DNA from: Tubiluchus corallicola
Lineage: Eukaryota; Animalia; Priapulida
Reading direction: 5' to 3'
Assembly (NCBI GenBank): GCA_030141605.1
Contig: JAQGDQ010000071.1
Span: 537,605 to 601,604, forward strand
Length of the DNA stretch: 64,000 bases
A program made the position numbers and the translations under genes. Shown piece after piece: positions 52,338-64,000 of the stretch. Position 1 is the first letter of the stretch. Every line of letters starts with the position of its first letter. The notes beneath the pieces were generated by a model. It saw only the letters and a list, made by a program, of their open reading frames with translations. It was not told the origin of the DNA and did not search any database.

Positions 52338-55300
52338 CTAAAAATAAGAAACAGCTCGAGCATAGGATACAAAACGCGATGAATATACATCTACTGCTTT
52401 TAAATTTTAATATTTCTATTGTTTATAACACAAGTATGTCAACGAAATCTGGTAAAAAAATTCCATGTAACAAACCTAGTATTATCAGTAGCATGGAAGT
52501 AGACATCATCGGGAGCCTCAACCCAGTTCAGTAAGTGTCTTTTTCCTGCGCGGTTCATCGAGATTTTATCCCGTCCGTTGAATCCATGTGCACCCATTCC
52601 CATCATAGCCTGCAGTCGCTGGGCACCGTACACGGCACTGGGACGCTGGAGAATTTGCCCAGTCTGAGGACTAGGAGCCAACACAGGACGCTTTGCTGGA
52701 TGACCTATTAAAACAAAAAAGCAATGACTGTTATGGGCGATGTGACATTAATTTGCAATATCATGTACCTAATAAGAGGCTTACAGCATCTTTAATATAA
52801 CTGTCAACACTGGACAATGGTTTGCAGACAATCACTAAAATAACTTGGGAAATTAAACTTGTAAATGTAAGAAATGTAAAAATGTAAAGCCGAGAATCGA
52901 ACATTTTATCGACTGTGTTCAACTGAATATAATCCAATTCACAATTCAATCCAACTAACAATTACGTTGAGTGTACGTACTCCCCTTTAAACAAGAAAAT
53001 TCTGTAACAATGAGCAACAGTCATTTTCCTCTGTAACCTATTGCATTTTTCATTATGACCGTCACTTGACCCCTGACTAGATCATCATCTAGCATTTCTT
53101 TGCTACTTGGTACAATGCAATGAAACGTGTCATACAGAAACAAATATATTCAGTTTTCAGCAACATGATGGTCACCTCGTATAAGGTTTCTTTGCCGTCT
53201 TTTTCAATTATTGATTAAATACAGCGGATTGGTTGGCTATTTTTGTCAAACCTCAACTACATCTTCTCATGGTCCTTAAGAAAAACTGATAAGCGATTGC
53301 CAATGTATTGACAAGCCAAGAAGGAACATGTAAGTTTTCGACAAGAGGCTGGTTAATAGTTGTACATTGATTTGCAGTTTTCCATCTGTCTTCAGGTCAG
53401 TCTTTTATCCTCTGTCCATTAGTGCTCACTTAACAGAATCTGATAAATGCTTGACAGAGTTTGGACAAAATCGTTGACATGTTCTAGCGCAAAAGCATCC
53501 TAAGGAACATCTCATCGTTCAAGTTTCGGACAATTATTGAAAATGTAGGTTTTACTTTGAAGGCAAAAAATTTATAAGTACTTGGGAACATAAAGCATAA
53601 AAACAATTTTTAATCGATGATAAATGATCTGAACGCTAAATGGAATAAAAAATTACAAAATCTTAACACTAAGTTAATTCAATACGAGCTAATCCCAAAC
53701 ACAACCCTTCATTTATCTAATAGTACAGTATTAATGGCAGTGAGGGGTGGGGCACTCATTTTAAGCTGAAATCTTTAATAACAATGTAACTGCTGCTTAC
53801 GATAATAGAAGCCGGGAGCTTAAATACAAAATTTTGTAGATTTATTCTATGAGTTAGCAATAAATTTAATACGAGCGCAGTACAGGGCGAACTTGGCAAA
53901 TAGCCCATTGGTATAAATATAATCTGTAGAATATAATCGGTATAAATAATTGGCTACTGGATAAGTCTAATCAATGTGATAAACAAAATGGAGAAAAAGT
54001 TTCACTGATATTTTAAGCTTAAATGTCCTGCCTTTACATCTATGAATAATGATGACAGACACTTGTTTTCGGCAGGAAGTGGCAATCAAAAAACATTACT
54101 AGTTGTTTGTAATTTAATACGCAAACGTTTTCTAAATAGGAAGGATTTACGGAATTTAATATTTATACATTTTATTGTTACCTGATTTTGTTAAAGTGTT
54201 ACTTGTGTATGTATAGTTGGGTTTATGGCATACATCAGGGTTTGATGTTGTTTTATAATATGTTATGTATCAATTTGTACTTATATTTCTTTTTGGCATT
54301 TTGTACGTAATGACCATGCACTCTGATAAATACACTTTCATTCAATAAATTATTTAAAATATTCAGATGATAATTAGTGTGATAATAATTTGAATTTTTT
54401 TCTCTCGACTCAGTATTTCTTCCTCCATAGAATGGTGTTGGTCCCATGTAAAATTGTGGTTGTGTACGCAAGAGATAGAAAACATGTTTATTTTTAAAAA
54501 AACAAAACAATTATTTTATCGTCTGTTTATCGTACCAACCTTGCCGTTTTAATTTTACTTTAGTCAAAATGATTAATCAGACAATAAACTTACTTAAAGG
54601 ACAAAAAACTTTACTTACATAAAACTAAAAAAATCACCTTGAAATTTTGTATCACCTACATGCTGTCTTATTGCGTACAGAGCTTGTATTAGCAGCATCG
54701 CTAGATAAAACTTGAAAACTCCCGCGACGACCATCAGGTACAGCCATTTTAATGGCAGGTCATTTAAAATAAGTTGAAAAAATAATCAGAGCATTCGTAG
54801 CGCACATTTCACTAACTGAACAAAGGTACAAATTGCTGAAACTTGTCAAAAAGATTAAAAATAAGTTTTTTTTGGCGAGTTAGAAGTGCAAACTTGAAGG
54901 GTGAGCCAATGACATTTTACCAATTGGTGGCGAGAACACTACAATTTTCTTTCCCACTTACATACATTTTTCAACTAAGCATGATGCAAAGTGCTATAAC
55001 TTTGTGTGGCAAGTTTTTTGGGATTTAAAACTGCTCGTTATTCCACTTTAATTTCAAGCACCAGACTGATCTACTCAATATCACATTCCAAGAAACTAAT
55101 CTAAGGAAACTTACCATCACCACCTGCATGATCAAATGCACGTTTCTTCATGATGGTGGGTGCCAAGTTACCAATACCTGTGCTGCCACCTGTAACCATT
55201 TCAGACATTCTCTGCAGTGGATCAGTTACAGAACGAGCAGGCCTGGCACTTTTACGCTCTGAAATAAATGTAAGAATTGCAATCACCAATGCAATGCAAT

Positions 55301-58300
55301 GCAGCAAACGTTAAATGATGCTCCAAGTCATAGGAAAAATCAAGCTGCACTAAGCATCTTGAACTCCCAGTAAGGTTCTTTTACCTTCTTAGATAAGCTA
55401 CGTTTTGTCTAGGAATCGAGTGAATTCTACGAAAAACTGGAAAGCTAAATACAGAAATTTACAGTTTACAATGGCCCAGTCCATGAATGAACTTCGACAA
55501 ATGTAAAGCTTTTGCTTGCATTTAGTCAAAGTACTTCCTTAAGACTGACTAAGTCAACCACACAAGCAATCTCATCAGCCAAGACAGCTTTCTAGATGGA
55601 TAAGCTACGCTCACTATTGAAAACAAAGTTCTTATTTGATGAAACATAATGATGTGAAATTTCCCCTTACTTGTCTAGTATTCGTGTTTCAAAAATTAGA
55701 GGTGGCAACATCCTTCAAATTAATTGACAAGCTTACGTGATACGCGGTCCTCCCGAGGCATTATCGCAGCGGGCTTGACGGGCGTGTCCCGAGACTCTCT
55801 AGTTGCAGTTCCTCCGGTAAGAACGTCTGGTTTGCCAGTTGATAAATCTATTCCCAAGCGTGCCACAATGTCGTCTGTTCCTGATCGCTTCTTAGCAACC
55901 ATCTTGCCTATAATTACGTAAACACTGTACATGTATTATGGTGCAACTGTGATAGCTTAACAAAATCTACGCAAGCATGTAACATTTCAAAATGGCCAAC
56001 CAAACCTATAAGACGAATCAATGACTTGAATTAAAATACTACATTACGGAGAGAAATAAGGCAATTCAAAGAATCAACTAAAGGGTGGGTTGTGCTAACG
56101 CATTATCTATTTTACAGTTGACTTAAACCTGCCACTCTGTACGACAGAGTGGATGCTCGTACAAACACATTATCTGACTTCTGCTCTCATCAAGGATTTG
56201 GATGGTTTCTAGATGAAGCTTACTCATGGAATGACCAGAATAGCAAAAACAGTTGCAGGTATAGTCTGGTTCTGAGGGTGCCCTCATCACTGAGTTCACG
56301 TCGGTGTAACTTAAGCCAGCCACAAAAAAATTGTTTCTGTCTTACCTCATCAACTCAAAAGATGGCAGCAGGAAGGGAAGAAAATTTTTTTTTAAAGCTT
56401 TGTGAATGTGAATCGTGGAATATCAATTTCATTTGAAATTGAAGTTTGTTTACTTTCCACTGGTTAGTAGTAATGCTTTAAATTTTTTCAATGCACATTT
56501 ATCACGCTTTGATTTTTAGCTTTTTGTTTCACATTACTAAACTGTCGTACAGTATCAATTATCATGTAGTCTCTTTTTTGTATAGTACAAATATATGATC
56601 TGATAATCACGCCTAAGCGGCAGTACTACTCGGGCGTTAATAGCCATTAATATGCTGATTAGGCAGAAAAAATTATACGTTCTAGCCTCCAATACAGTAA
56701 TCAGCATCATACAAAATGGCAACCCTGGAGAGTTTGGCAACCCAAAAAACATGGATGCATCCTCGCTGAAATAATAATTATTGCATTTTACATTTGAAAT
56801 TAAAAAGAATGAGTCGGTGAGACTTAATAGGGAAAAGCTGGGAAGAAGAAGATTTGAAATTTAAAAAAATACTATTTTACATGAGTGTGTCAGTATATGA
56901 ACATACAAAAACAATTATAAAATTACCCGGGTGATTAGATGGAAACAGAAGTATTTTTACTGTCGGCCTTAGGCATGAGAATCATAATTATTAATCCCCT
57001 CCTACATGCTTTGCCCACCCTATTGTCACAAAGTTTGTTAGGCCAACATTAACATGTTGTTTTTTAGTTTTTTTATCTGCACCTGCGAGCGTTCAATGTA
57101 ATAGTAGTATACTAGTACTTATAACTGTAGAACAGTAGCAGTGGGAAAGGCAGCAGCAACAATTACTGAGTTCATTGCCTTTTAAATGTCTACTTAAAAC
57201 AATGTGGGAATCAAGAAATGGCTTCACTCTACCAATCTATAATTTATAAACTAATAGAAATGGCTTCACTCTACCAATCTATAATTTATAAACTAATAGA
57301 CTATTTACTCAGCAAAATGAAATATTTGTTATGGCTTTCATAACCTTACTTTGAATAAAATGGATGTATCCATATAATCTGCTTAAAATGTATATGAAGT
57401 ATGACTATCACACATTTTAATTAAACTGTAATTATGTTAACCAACCTAAAGGTTTGTCTTTATCAGCAGCAATCCTAGCTTGGCATTCTGCTTTAATCGC
57501 TGCTGCATTGATTGGTTCAAAAGGTTTTCGCCCGGCGTGTCGAACTCGCAACATGTCACCACACACTCTCCGAGCAAGACGAGTCAGAGGTGTAGTGTGC
57601 AGGCAGAATGCTGCCCGAGTCTTTACAATGGGACGAGGACTCCCGGAGCGCATCGCGAAGCCATGCATAGCTGCACAGTGACGAACCAGCTGCGTGCGCA
57701 TCTTAAACTCCTTTCCACAACCTGCAAATGAACAAATTTGAACGTGCAATCATAAACCAGGACTATGAAACAGCCAAAAGACTAAACATGAAAATGATTT
57801 CTTTGTTGATTCAAGAAGCCAGAAAATCAATAATGTTTTGATGCAAAATAAAAATGTTTCTTTCACAAAAAGTGCGAATGAGAAAAAAAATGAGAAAAAC
57901 TGTGTTCTTTGTATTTATTTCCAGTCCTTTAAAACACTAGTTTTCATGAACTTTTTCAAGTATTTCCTAGCAAAAATTTGCTCACATATGCAAAAATACC
58001 TCCATAACTGTAGTTCATTCAGCCTATCAGCACATGTGAAAATAAAGAGAAAACCATTAATAATTATGCTGGAAATTTTGATAGAAGTGAGAGTTCAGTG
58101 GACAGGGTTCCTACAGAATTTTAAAATAAATTTCCATGACCTCCGAAACTTTTACCTGACCAAATATAGATTTTCCATGACGAAGATAAGCAGAAACTGT
58201 ATTACCAGTAAACGTAATTAAACATTTTTATGTGTGGACATTCATACATATACTGATATATAATGTGTCTGCACAATTGCAGTAGTGCTAACGAAATGAC

Positions 58301-61300
58301 ACTAATTACATTAAATAAACTTTCTTAATCCAATCATTATTTTTGGCACAGAAATTGAAACTGGGAGCCTGCCATAGCAAAATTTTATTTGAATACGAAT
58401 CGCTGAAAAATATGTTTGAAAAAATATCGGTCCATGGTGATTATTTTTGCAACGATTTCCAATTTCCCGGACTTTTCACCCCATTTTCATCATTTTCCCT
58501 GACTTTTCCATGACTTTCCAGGATAGCCTGCATTTTTAAGGATTTTCCCTGACCGTGGGAACCTGAGTGGAGCATGCATGTGACGGAAAAGGAGAGTAAA
58601 TATTTCTACTGACATTCATAAGTTCTTATCAAGGTTGTAGAGTTGTGTTTAATTTGACAAGATATATTCAATGTGAATTTTCTTTTATATTTAAAATAAA
58701 TCGAGTCCAAAAAATGTTGCATGATTTTAATAAGTAAAACTGAACTGTTACTGTCACCTTGAATAATTTTCAACTCACCAAGAACACTGCATTTATATGT
58801 CTGCATCTGCATCTGAGCAGCCTGATTTTCTGCCTGCTCTAATCGGGTTGGCATTTTCAGGCCTCCGTACTTCTTCCAGTATGTCCAGCAGTTGGCACAA
58901 ACACGACAGTGCAGGTGCGATGCACCCCAAGCATACCTGGGAAAAAAAACGTAAATAAAAATAGTGAAGTTCAACACAATAATTGCAGAAGAATTTAAAG
59001 TCAACAAACTGATCATTAGTGCCTTGGAATATTTTATACAATTTGCCACTCAGTACGCCAAGTTCAAGCCACTAGTAACAAGGATTATGTATTTTGACAT
59101 GCATTTTTGAGGATAGAAGCTTCTCACAGTATCCTTTAAGATGAGAAATTGAACTGCTCATTTTTATTTATTTATTTTTAGTTATTACGAAAACACCAAA
59201 CAACAATACAATATAGCAAAACACATTACGATGACAAGGTGTACATAAGATTATATAATTACATTAATTTCATAATAAAATTGGCATGACATGATATCAT
59301 TAATGATGCAGGTGTTAGGGTGCAAAAAGGGAAGGTAAAAAATGATGGACTGATAGTGTAGGAGATGGGAATTAGTACGATTAGGTTAGTGAAATGATGT
59401 GGATTAGTTGAATATGAGATTGCTATTAAGACATTGCAAAAATATATATATATATTTATGAACAGAAGTACACTATCGGCCAGTCTGTCACTCACTGTAA
59501 ATCTGAACATACGCGTGAACATACTATACAAGGTCAACCTTTAATTCGCATTAAAGAATAAAGTTTTCAAACTTTTTTTGAATCTTGGTAACGACGAAGT
59601 TGAATTAGTACTTGCAGGTATTTTGTTCCGCATGGTTATTGTCTCTTTACCACATTTGGAAGCACTTATCTCAAGAAATCTCTGACAGATAAACCCAATT
59701 GCCAAAACAGCTTACCACTGATGTGAAACACTGGTAAAGCAGCTTTCACACGCACGAGAATCGACACCCTCAAATCCATTTCTTTGGCCCTGAATTGCTG
59801 CAGGGTTAGGTTTGTTGTAGTTTGGAATGTACACTTGTTTCAACTTGCTTTCTGCCTCAACGGCTTTTACACGTTTCTGCTGTACATAACGGTCTGTTGT
59901 TTTCCACATGTAGTAGTATCTGAAATAAAAAAATGGATCACATAGAGTATAAAAAAACATAAAATTTTGAATGATCACCCAACGAAAAGATCGACGCTGG
60001 TCTCCACCAACTATGGCTTCGAACAATAACCTTTATTGAAAAATACTAAGCTAGAAAATTAATGCAGTGTTTGTGTTCTTTTTAAACAACTTTCACTCTT
60101 ATAATTTCCAAACACACTTTTTTATCAAAAAACCATTTTACCATATTTCCAAGAAACACTTAAGCTCTTAAAAGGTTTTTCAGACCTAATATTATATTAC
60201 TACTCCTTGCAAAATAAAATTATGGATGTAAAATTGCAATCTAGCACCTGGATGTAAGGTATACCACTAATGTCACACAACTACATAAGGTAAAAGCAAA
60301 AAAACTAACCAGTTCTTCATAATTTTAATGGCTACTCAAGCATCTGTTTATCTTAAGCAACAATTCAATGAACAAACACTTCACAATTAAATAGTACAGC
60401 AGGAAATAAAGTTAAGATTATATACTAAAGAGTGATTGCTCTGAGTTCTAACAATTTCTCATCATTGTTTCATCTGCCATATTGGTGAACTGTTGACAAG
60501 TTGGCTTCTGGTAGTGAAATGTCGCAAATCTTAAATCTATAAACCAAATTTTCAACATTACTGTACATGCGCATACTCTATAATGTTCTTTAAAGATTTC
60601 CATGGTAAGAAGTCTTGTCTAATGTCACCAAAATCTTTTCCGTATTTCTCAATGGCTTCTTCAAAAAGATTTGCTTCGGCAGCCGACCACTCCTCCATTT
60701 CATCGCGACACAAGACTGGGCCACTTGGTGGCACAAGTGTTGAAATTGCCTTTGAGAGATCGTAACCTATAAAAAATACACTCTAGCAAGACGTTGTTAA
60801 CCGCAAAAAAAATTAAAAGTACATTATTGTATTAATGTACACAAAAGTGCATTAATTATAATAACTGCAAACAGGTTAACTAAACTGTGTAAATAAAATT
60901 TAGCTATATTTTTCTATCTAATAAAAAATACCACTCTATAAATTACAGAAAAGTAACAACATGAGACAGGCTTTCCAACGTTCACTACGTTTCAAACTTC
61001 AATTATAGAAACCTTGATAAAATCCTCAAAAATCATACTCACTGCTAACACATACTGTGTTTTAAATATAGTAATTTTTAAATAAAAACTGTCATTTCAA
61101 AGGCACCTTTACACTAACAACCAATAAATTGGTTGGTTACTATTAATTTAAGCAAGCTTAGACAAATTTTTTTAAGTTATATCGGATACAGTATATAGTT
61201 GCAGCTAGTACTTTGGCCAGAAATCTAAGCTCTCTAAAGCTAATACAGTAGGTGTCACTTAATAGACTCACTTTGGGACCGAAGTGTTTTTGTCCAATTA

Positions 61301-62706
61301 ACCGACTGAACCTATTAACCGATGGGTACAGTATTACTGGTATAGAAGTATGAGTCAACAGCTTACTATGCACTGCAAATGTTTTAATGAATTTTAATGG
61401 ATCTGCTGTTGTATGATCACGCATAAATTTTCGAAAGAAATACTTAGTGTTTGGCGTGCTTAAACTGTTAGTGGTGCCCGTGTTTCCCCGCAAGTAGCTT
61501 CGTCGGTAGGTTCGCCTAAGCTCCTGCTTGCTATAATTGTGACATACTTACTGTACTGTGTAACTACGGCCAAATCACGTTGAAAACACCGGTTCTCATC
61601 TGATCACCGAAGTTAAGCAACATAGAGCCTGGTTAGTGCGCCTAGGAATACCAGGTGCTGTAGGCTTGCGGGATGCCCACACTGTATCTCGACACTAGGC
61701 AAGGAGCTGCACAAGCAGCCAAAGACTAGAGGGCGGAGGAGGTCAAGTGACTCAATGGCCATGTGTAGAGGAGTAAACCTTCCAAATCAGGAGTGGAGCC
61801 CCGAAGGCGGACCAGTGTGCAGTGTGCTCACTGACTCCGGCAGCTCCTGCAGCCAACTTGGTGCCAAACGTATCGCCCCGCTTTCCTTTGGACTACACCA
61901 GGGATGCCAGCAACTGTACTGTACCTGCATCCAGCAACATCTAACTGATAAGACATTCTGGCAAAAATAGTCAGAGCTTCAAAAACAAATCGCTAAGCAA
62001 GTGACTAAATGTTTAGCTTTCAAGAATTCTTGGGTAACCAGGTTAATTGCAGTGGCCAGGCGGGTCAAAGCAAACCATTAGGCTAGCATATTAGCATATG
62101 ATAAACGTTCCTGCTTATAAACAAAACGGTACTTAACATGATTGTTTCTTATGTATATTATAGGACAAAAGCGAACTAAGATGATATAAAAGTCATAAAA
62201 GCTTATTAATCATGGGAAAGTGTCTTATTGAATCATGTGAAGCAAAAATATTGATTCAATTATGCAGAGTTATTTAAGTCAATTACCGACAGTATTTATG
62301 TACATTTCAATAGAAGTGGCCCGTACCAGGCGTTTTTGAGTCAATTAATTGATTGAGTCTATTAACCGTGAGTCAATTAAGTGCACCTACTGTATCAATT
62401 TAATAACCCGCGCCTACAAAGTTATTAAAACAGAAAAGAAATATTAGCAAACTAATCAACTAAGGTGTTTACCGGACAAGTGCAATACATTCATTGCATG
62501 GAATAAAGTTACATCTCTAGAAGCAGCAGCCGCGCTCATGTGCAGACTCGGCTGTTTGACCGTACTAGAACAATCTAAAGCACGAGCAAATGTTCCCACT
62601 GACCGAGCAATGACCATAAACTGGTCAATTTGAATATCAGATAATGGATTCTCTGGCGTGTAAATAAGACTTTCCAGTTCAGACACAACACGATTGTCAG
62701 ATTCAC
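52217..62706 (-). CDS. MTA1: Metastasis-associated protein (MTA1/2/3-like, NuRD subunit), 3' portion; 9 exons, ~575 aa; 5' BAH exons outside window
   Basis: Nine GT-AG exons join in frame (phases checked by hand). They give hallmark MTA peptides: [46 protein letters not shown] (ELM2), [31 protein letters not shown] (SANT), [16 protein letters not shown], a GATA finger, [13 protein letters not shown] (R1) and [11 protein letters not shown] (R2). The symbol denotes the family; this is probably the single invertebrate orthologue. Confidence 0.96.
52476..52704 (-). CDS. MTA1: MTA exon: start of R2 region
   Basis: Acceptor ttttaatag, donor AG|GTTTGT; 229 nt; [13 protein letters not shown]...[22 protein letters not shown]. 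Confidence 0.92.
54598..55047 (-). mobile_element. Family B DNA transposon, copy 3 (MTA intron)
   Basis: TTAA|AGGACAAAAAAC ... TTATTCCACT|TTAA; gagcattcgtag and cagccatttt are reverse complements of family B motifs. Confidence 0.72.
55115..55258 (-). CDS. MTA1: MTA exon: linker with basic KKRAF motif
   Basis: Acceptor tttatttcag, donor G|GTAAGT; 144 nt, phase 1-1; [24 protein letters not shown]...[13 protein letters not shown]. Confidence 0.85.
55737..55907 (-). CDS. MTA1: MTA exon: low-conservation linker
   Basis: Acceptor aattatag, donor C|GTAAGC; 171 nt, open, phase 1-1; [27 protein letters not shown]... Confidence 0.82.
57214..57300. repeat. Perfect tandem duplication 2 x 42 bp (intronic)
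   Basis: agaaatggcttcactctaccaatctataatttataaactaat at 57214 and 57256. Confidence 0.95.
57446..57721 (-). CDS. MTA1: MTA exon: C2H2 finger end and R1 (RBBP4-binding) region
   Basis: Acceptor catttgcag, donor AG|GTTGGT (phase fits next exon); 276 nt; [54 protein letters not shown]...AIKAECQAR. Confidence 0.92.
58103..58565. mobile_element. Non-autonomous DNA transposon with 6-bp TSD (MTA intron)
   Basis: Termini CAGGGTTCCTAC / GTGGGAACCTG; TSD AGTGGA at 58097-58102 and 58566-58571; subterminal ttttcc(a/c)tgac repeats. Confidence 0.8.
58779..58936 (-). CDS. MTA1: MTA exon: second half of GATA-type finger and start of C2H2 finger
   Basis: Acceptor ttttcccag, donor G|GTGAGT; 158 nt; [33 protein letters not shown]...YKCSVL. 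Confidence 0.95.
59716..59919 (-). CDS. MTA1: MTA exon: SANT end to first half of GATA-type finger
   Basis: Acceptor tttatttcag, donor TG|GTAAGC; 204 nt; [39 protein letters not shown]...[13 protein letters not shown]. Confidence 0.95.
60577..60766 (-). CDS. MTA1: MTA exon: ELM2 end and SANT domain (not listed in ORF track)
   Basis: Acceptor ttttatag, donor GA|GTATGC; 190 nt; [64 protein letters not shown]. Confidence 0.95.
61246..62392. mobile_element. Tc1/mariner-pogo-type MITE (TA TSD) in MTA intron, host of SINE3 copy 2
   Basis: TA|CAGTAGGTGTCACTTAATAGACTCAC ... GTGAGTCAATTAAGTGCACCTACTG|TA. Confidence 0.88.
61560..61912 (+). mobile_element. 5S-derived SINE3 copy 2, internally deleted
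   Basis: 5S head from 61562 lacking box C; body matches copy 1 up to CTACACCAGGGA, then ATGCCAGCAAC terminus; TSD ACTGTACTGT at 61550-61559 and 61913-61922. Confidence 0.88.
62473..62706 (-). CDS. MTA1: MTA exon: ELM2 domain
   Basis: Acceptor ttttag at 62707, donor G|GTAAAC at 62472; 234 nt; [47 protein letters not shown]...[10 protein letters not shown]. Confidence 0.95.
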
Positions 62707-62731
62707 CTAAAAACAGACAAACACATTAGTA

Positions 62732-63461
62732 CAGCAAGTCTTCACTTAACGACGCTAATGCACTCCAGCAAAATGTGACATTAAGCGAAACGTCGTTAAA
62801 CGAAACCAAGACTTCCATGGAAAGTAATGTAAAAGAATTGAGATACGTTCCAGAAGCAAAAATCGATGCTGCTTAAATTGTATACATCAAATGTTTTATG
62901 AGTTTTATTCATATTTCTACTGATTAATTGCCAGAAACCATCTATCTTTCTTACCAAAATCTAGCTAGACTGGATATGGGTCTATTGAAACCTGTATACA
63001 GACAGTTCACATTTAAACAATGCAAAGAGAAGGCCTAGCCCTGCATGAAGCCATCTTGAGGCAATTTCAGGAAGTATTAATCTGGTTGTTATAGCAACAA
63101 GTTGCACACAAAATTCCTTGGCATCAAGTTTAAACTCAGGTGTCTGGAGACTGGATCGGCAAATAGATCTTCATACAAGCGGCTAGAATTTAGTACGCAG
63201 ATAGTTGGGAACCAAAAGCATTATAATAATTACACTGTTTGGGTTACTAATGTGCTTTTAGAACAAAATTATGCAATTTGCATGGCTTTTATACTCCAAA
63301 TTAGGCAAAAAAAAGTTGTTGATAAAAAATGGTTGTCAGCAACTTAAAAAATCGTCTTTAAAACGAAACGTGTGTCGTTAAGTGAGAAAATGGTGTCAAA
63401 TGTTCAGCGGTGTTAAAACGAAACGTTGTTAAACGGGGAGTCGTTAAGCAAGGACTTGCTG
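62732..63461. mobile_element. Tc1/mariner-pogo (Tigger-like) MITE, TA TSD, in MTA intron
   Basis: TA|CAGCAAGTCTTCACTTAACGAC versus reverse complement CAGCAAGTCCTTGCTTAACGAC|TA; subterminal aacgaaacg repeats. Confidence 0.9.
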
Positions 63462-64000
63462 TAAATGAGAACTGAAAAGATATGGCTTCAGAATAACAAG
63501 AAAGCTCTGAGGGCATTGTGTTCCGTGCAGATTGATTTGTGACATTTTGTTGCTATTTTCTCCCTTTCAAGTGCAAAAAGGAAAAGCTGACTAAATCACT
63601 GCACACGAAGCCATATCATAGTGCGATATCACGAACATTTCAGTGTTTTCTGAACTTAATCATGCGCTGAGTTGTCTGTATTTTTCAGATTAATGCAAAT
63701 ATATGTCATGTAAGCGAAGATCTTGGATAATCTATGACTTCATGCACCATTTTAATTCCTTTCTTTTTGCATTCAGTTGTCTCTGAAGTTTATACACTTG
63801 TCAAAGGCTCACTAAAACAATCTAGTAGAAAAAGCCTTCTGACTGCTTTTTTGCACTTTTTTTCTGAACTTTTTTAGTAAAAAACAGATCTGGCAATTGA
63901 TAAGCGCACAAAAGCAGATGAGTCAAAATATTTTAGAGTGAAGACAATGTTGCGAGGTGCAACAAACATAAAACATATTGCAATAAAACATCTCAGAAAT

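Noticed and set aside
53074-53095. miR-279-like TGACTAGAT seed
   Set aside because: Only the seed region matches; no precursor hairpin evident
56123-56323. Extra MTA coding exon (ETIQILDES...EWQ)
   Set aside because: End phase incompatible with the next exon; the flanking exons already join in frame

Overview
AT-rich, microsatellite- and transposon-dense eukaryotic DNA from an invertebrate animal (inferred from spliceosomal GT-AG introns, an invertebrate-type 5S sequence and the repeat families). The only recognisable protein-coding gene is the 3' part of a metastasis-associated protein (MTA, NuRD subunit) gene on the minus strand. It has nine in-phase exons from 62706 to a TAA at 52217 encoding the ELM2, SANT, GATA-finger, an extra C2H2 finger, and R1 and R2 regions; the BAH-encoding 5' exons lie beyond the window. 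The first ~50 kb has no recognisable gene. It contains non-autonomous DNA transposons (TTAA/Kolobok-like, hAT-like, PIF/Harbinger-like), LINE fragments (CR1/L2, RTE), tRNA-derived SINEs, minisatellites and microsatellites; Tc1/mariner-pogo-like MITEs lie in the MTA introns. Highlights: a 5S rRNA-headed SINE (SINE3) family in two copies, a Penelope-type minimal hammerhead ribozyme motif, a possible tRNA+5S chimeric SINE head inside a foldback structure, and several nested insertions with readable target-site duplications. Most long ORFs in the supplied track are microsatellite artefacts. No database searches were run; family assignments come from motif recognition.
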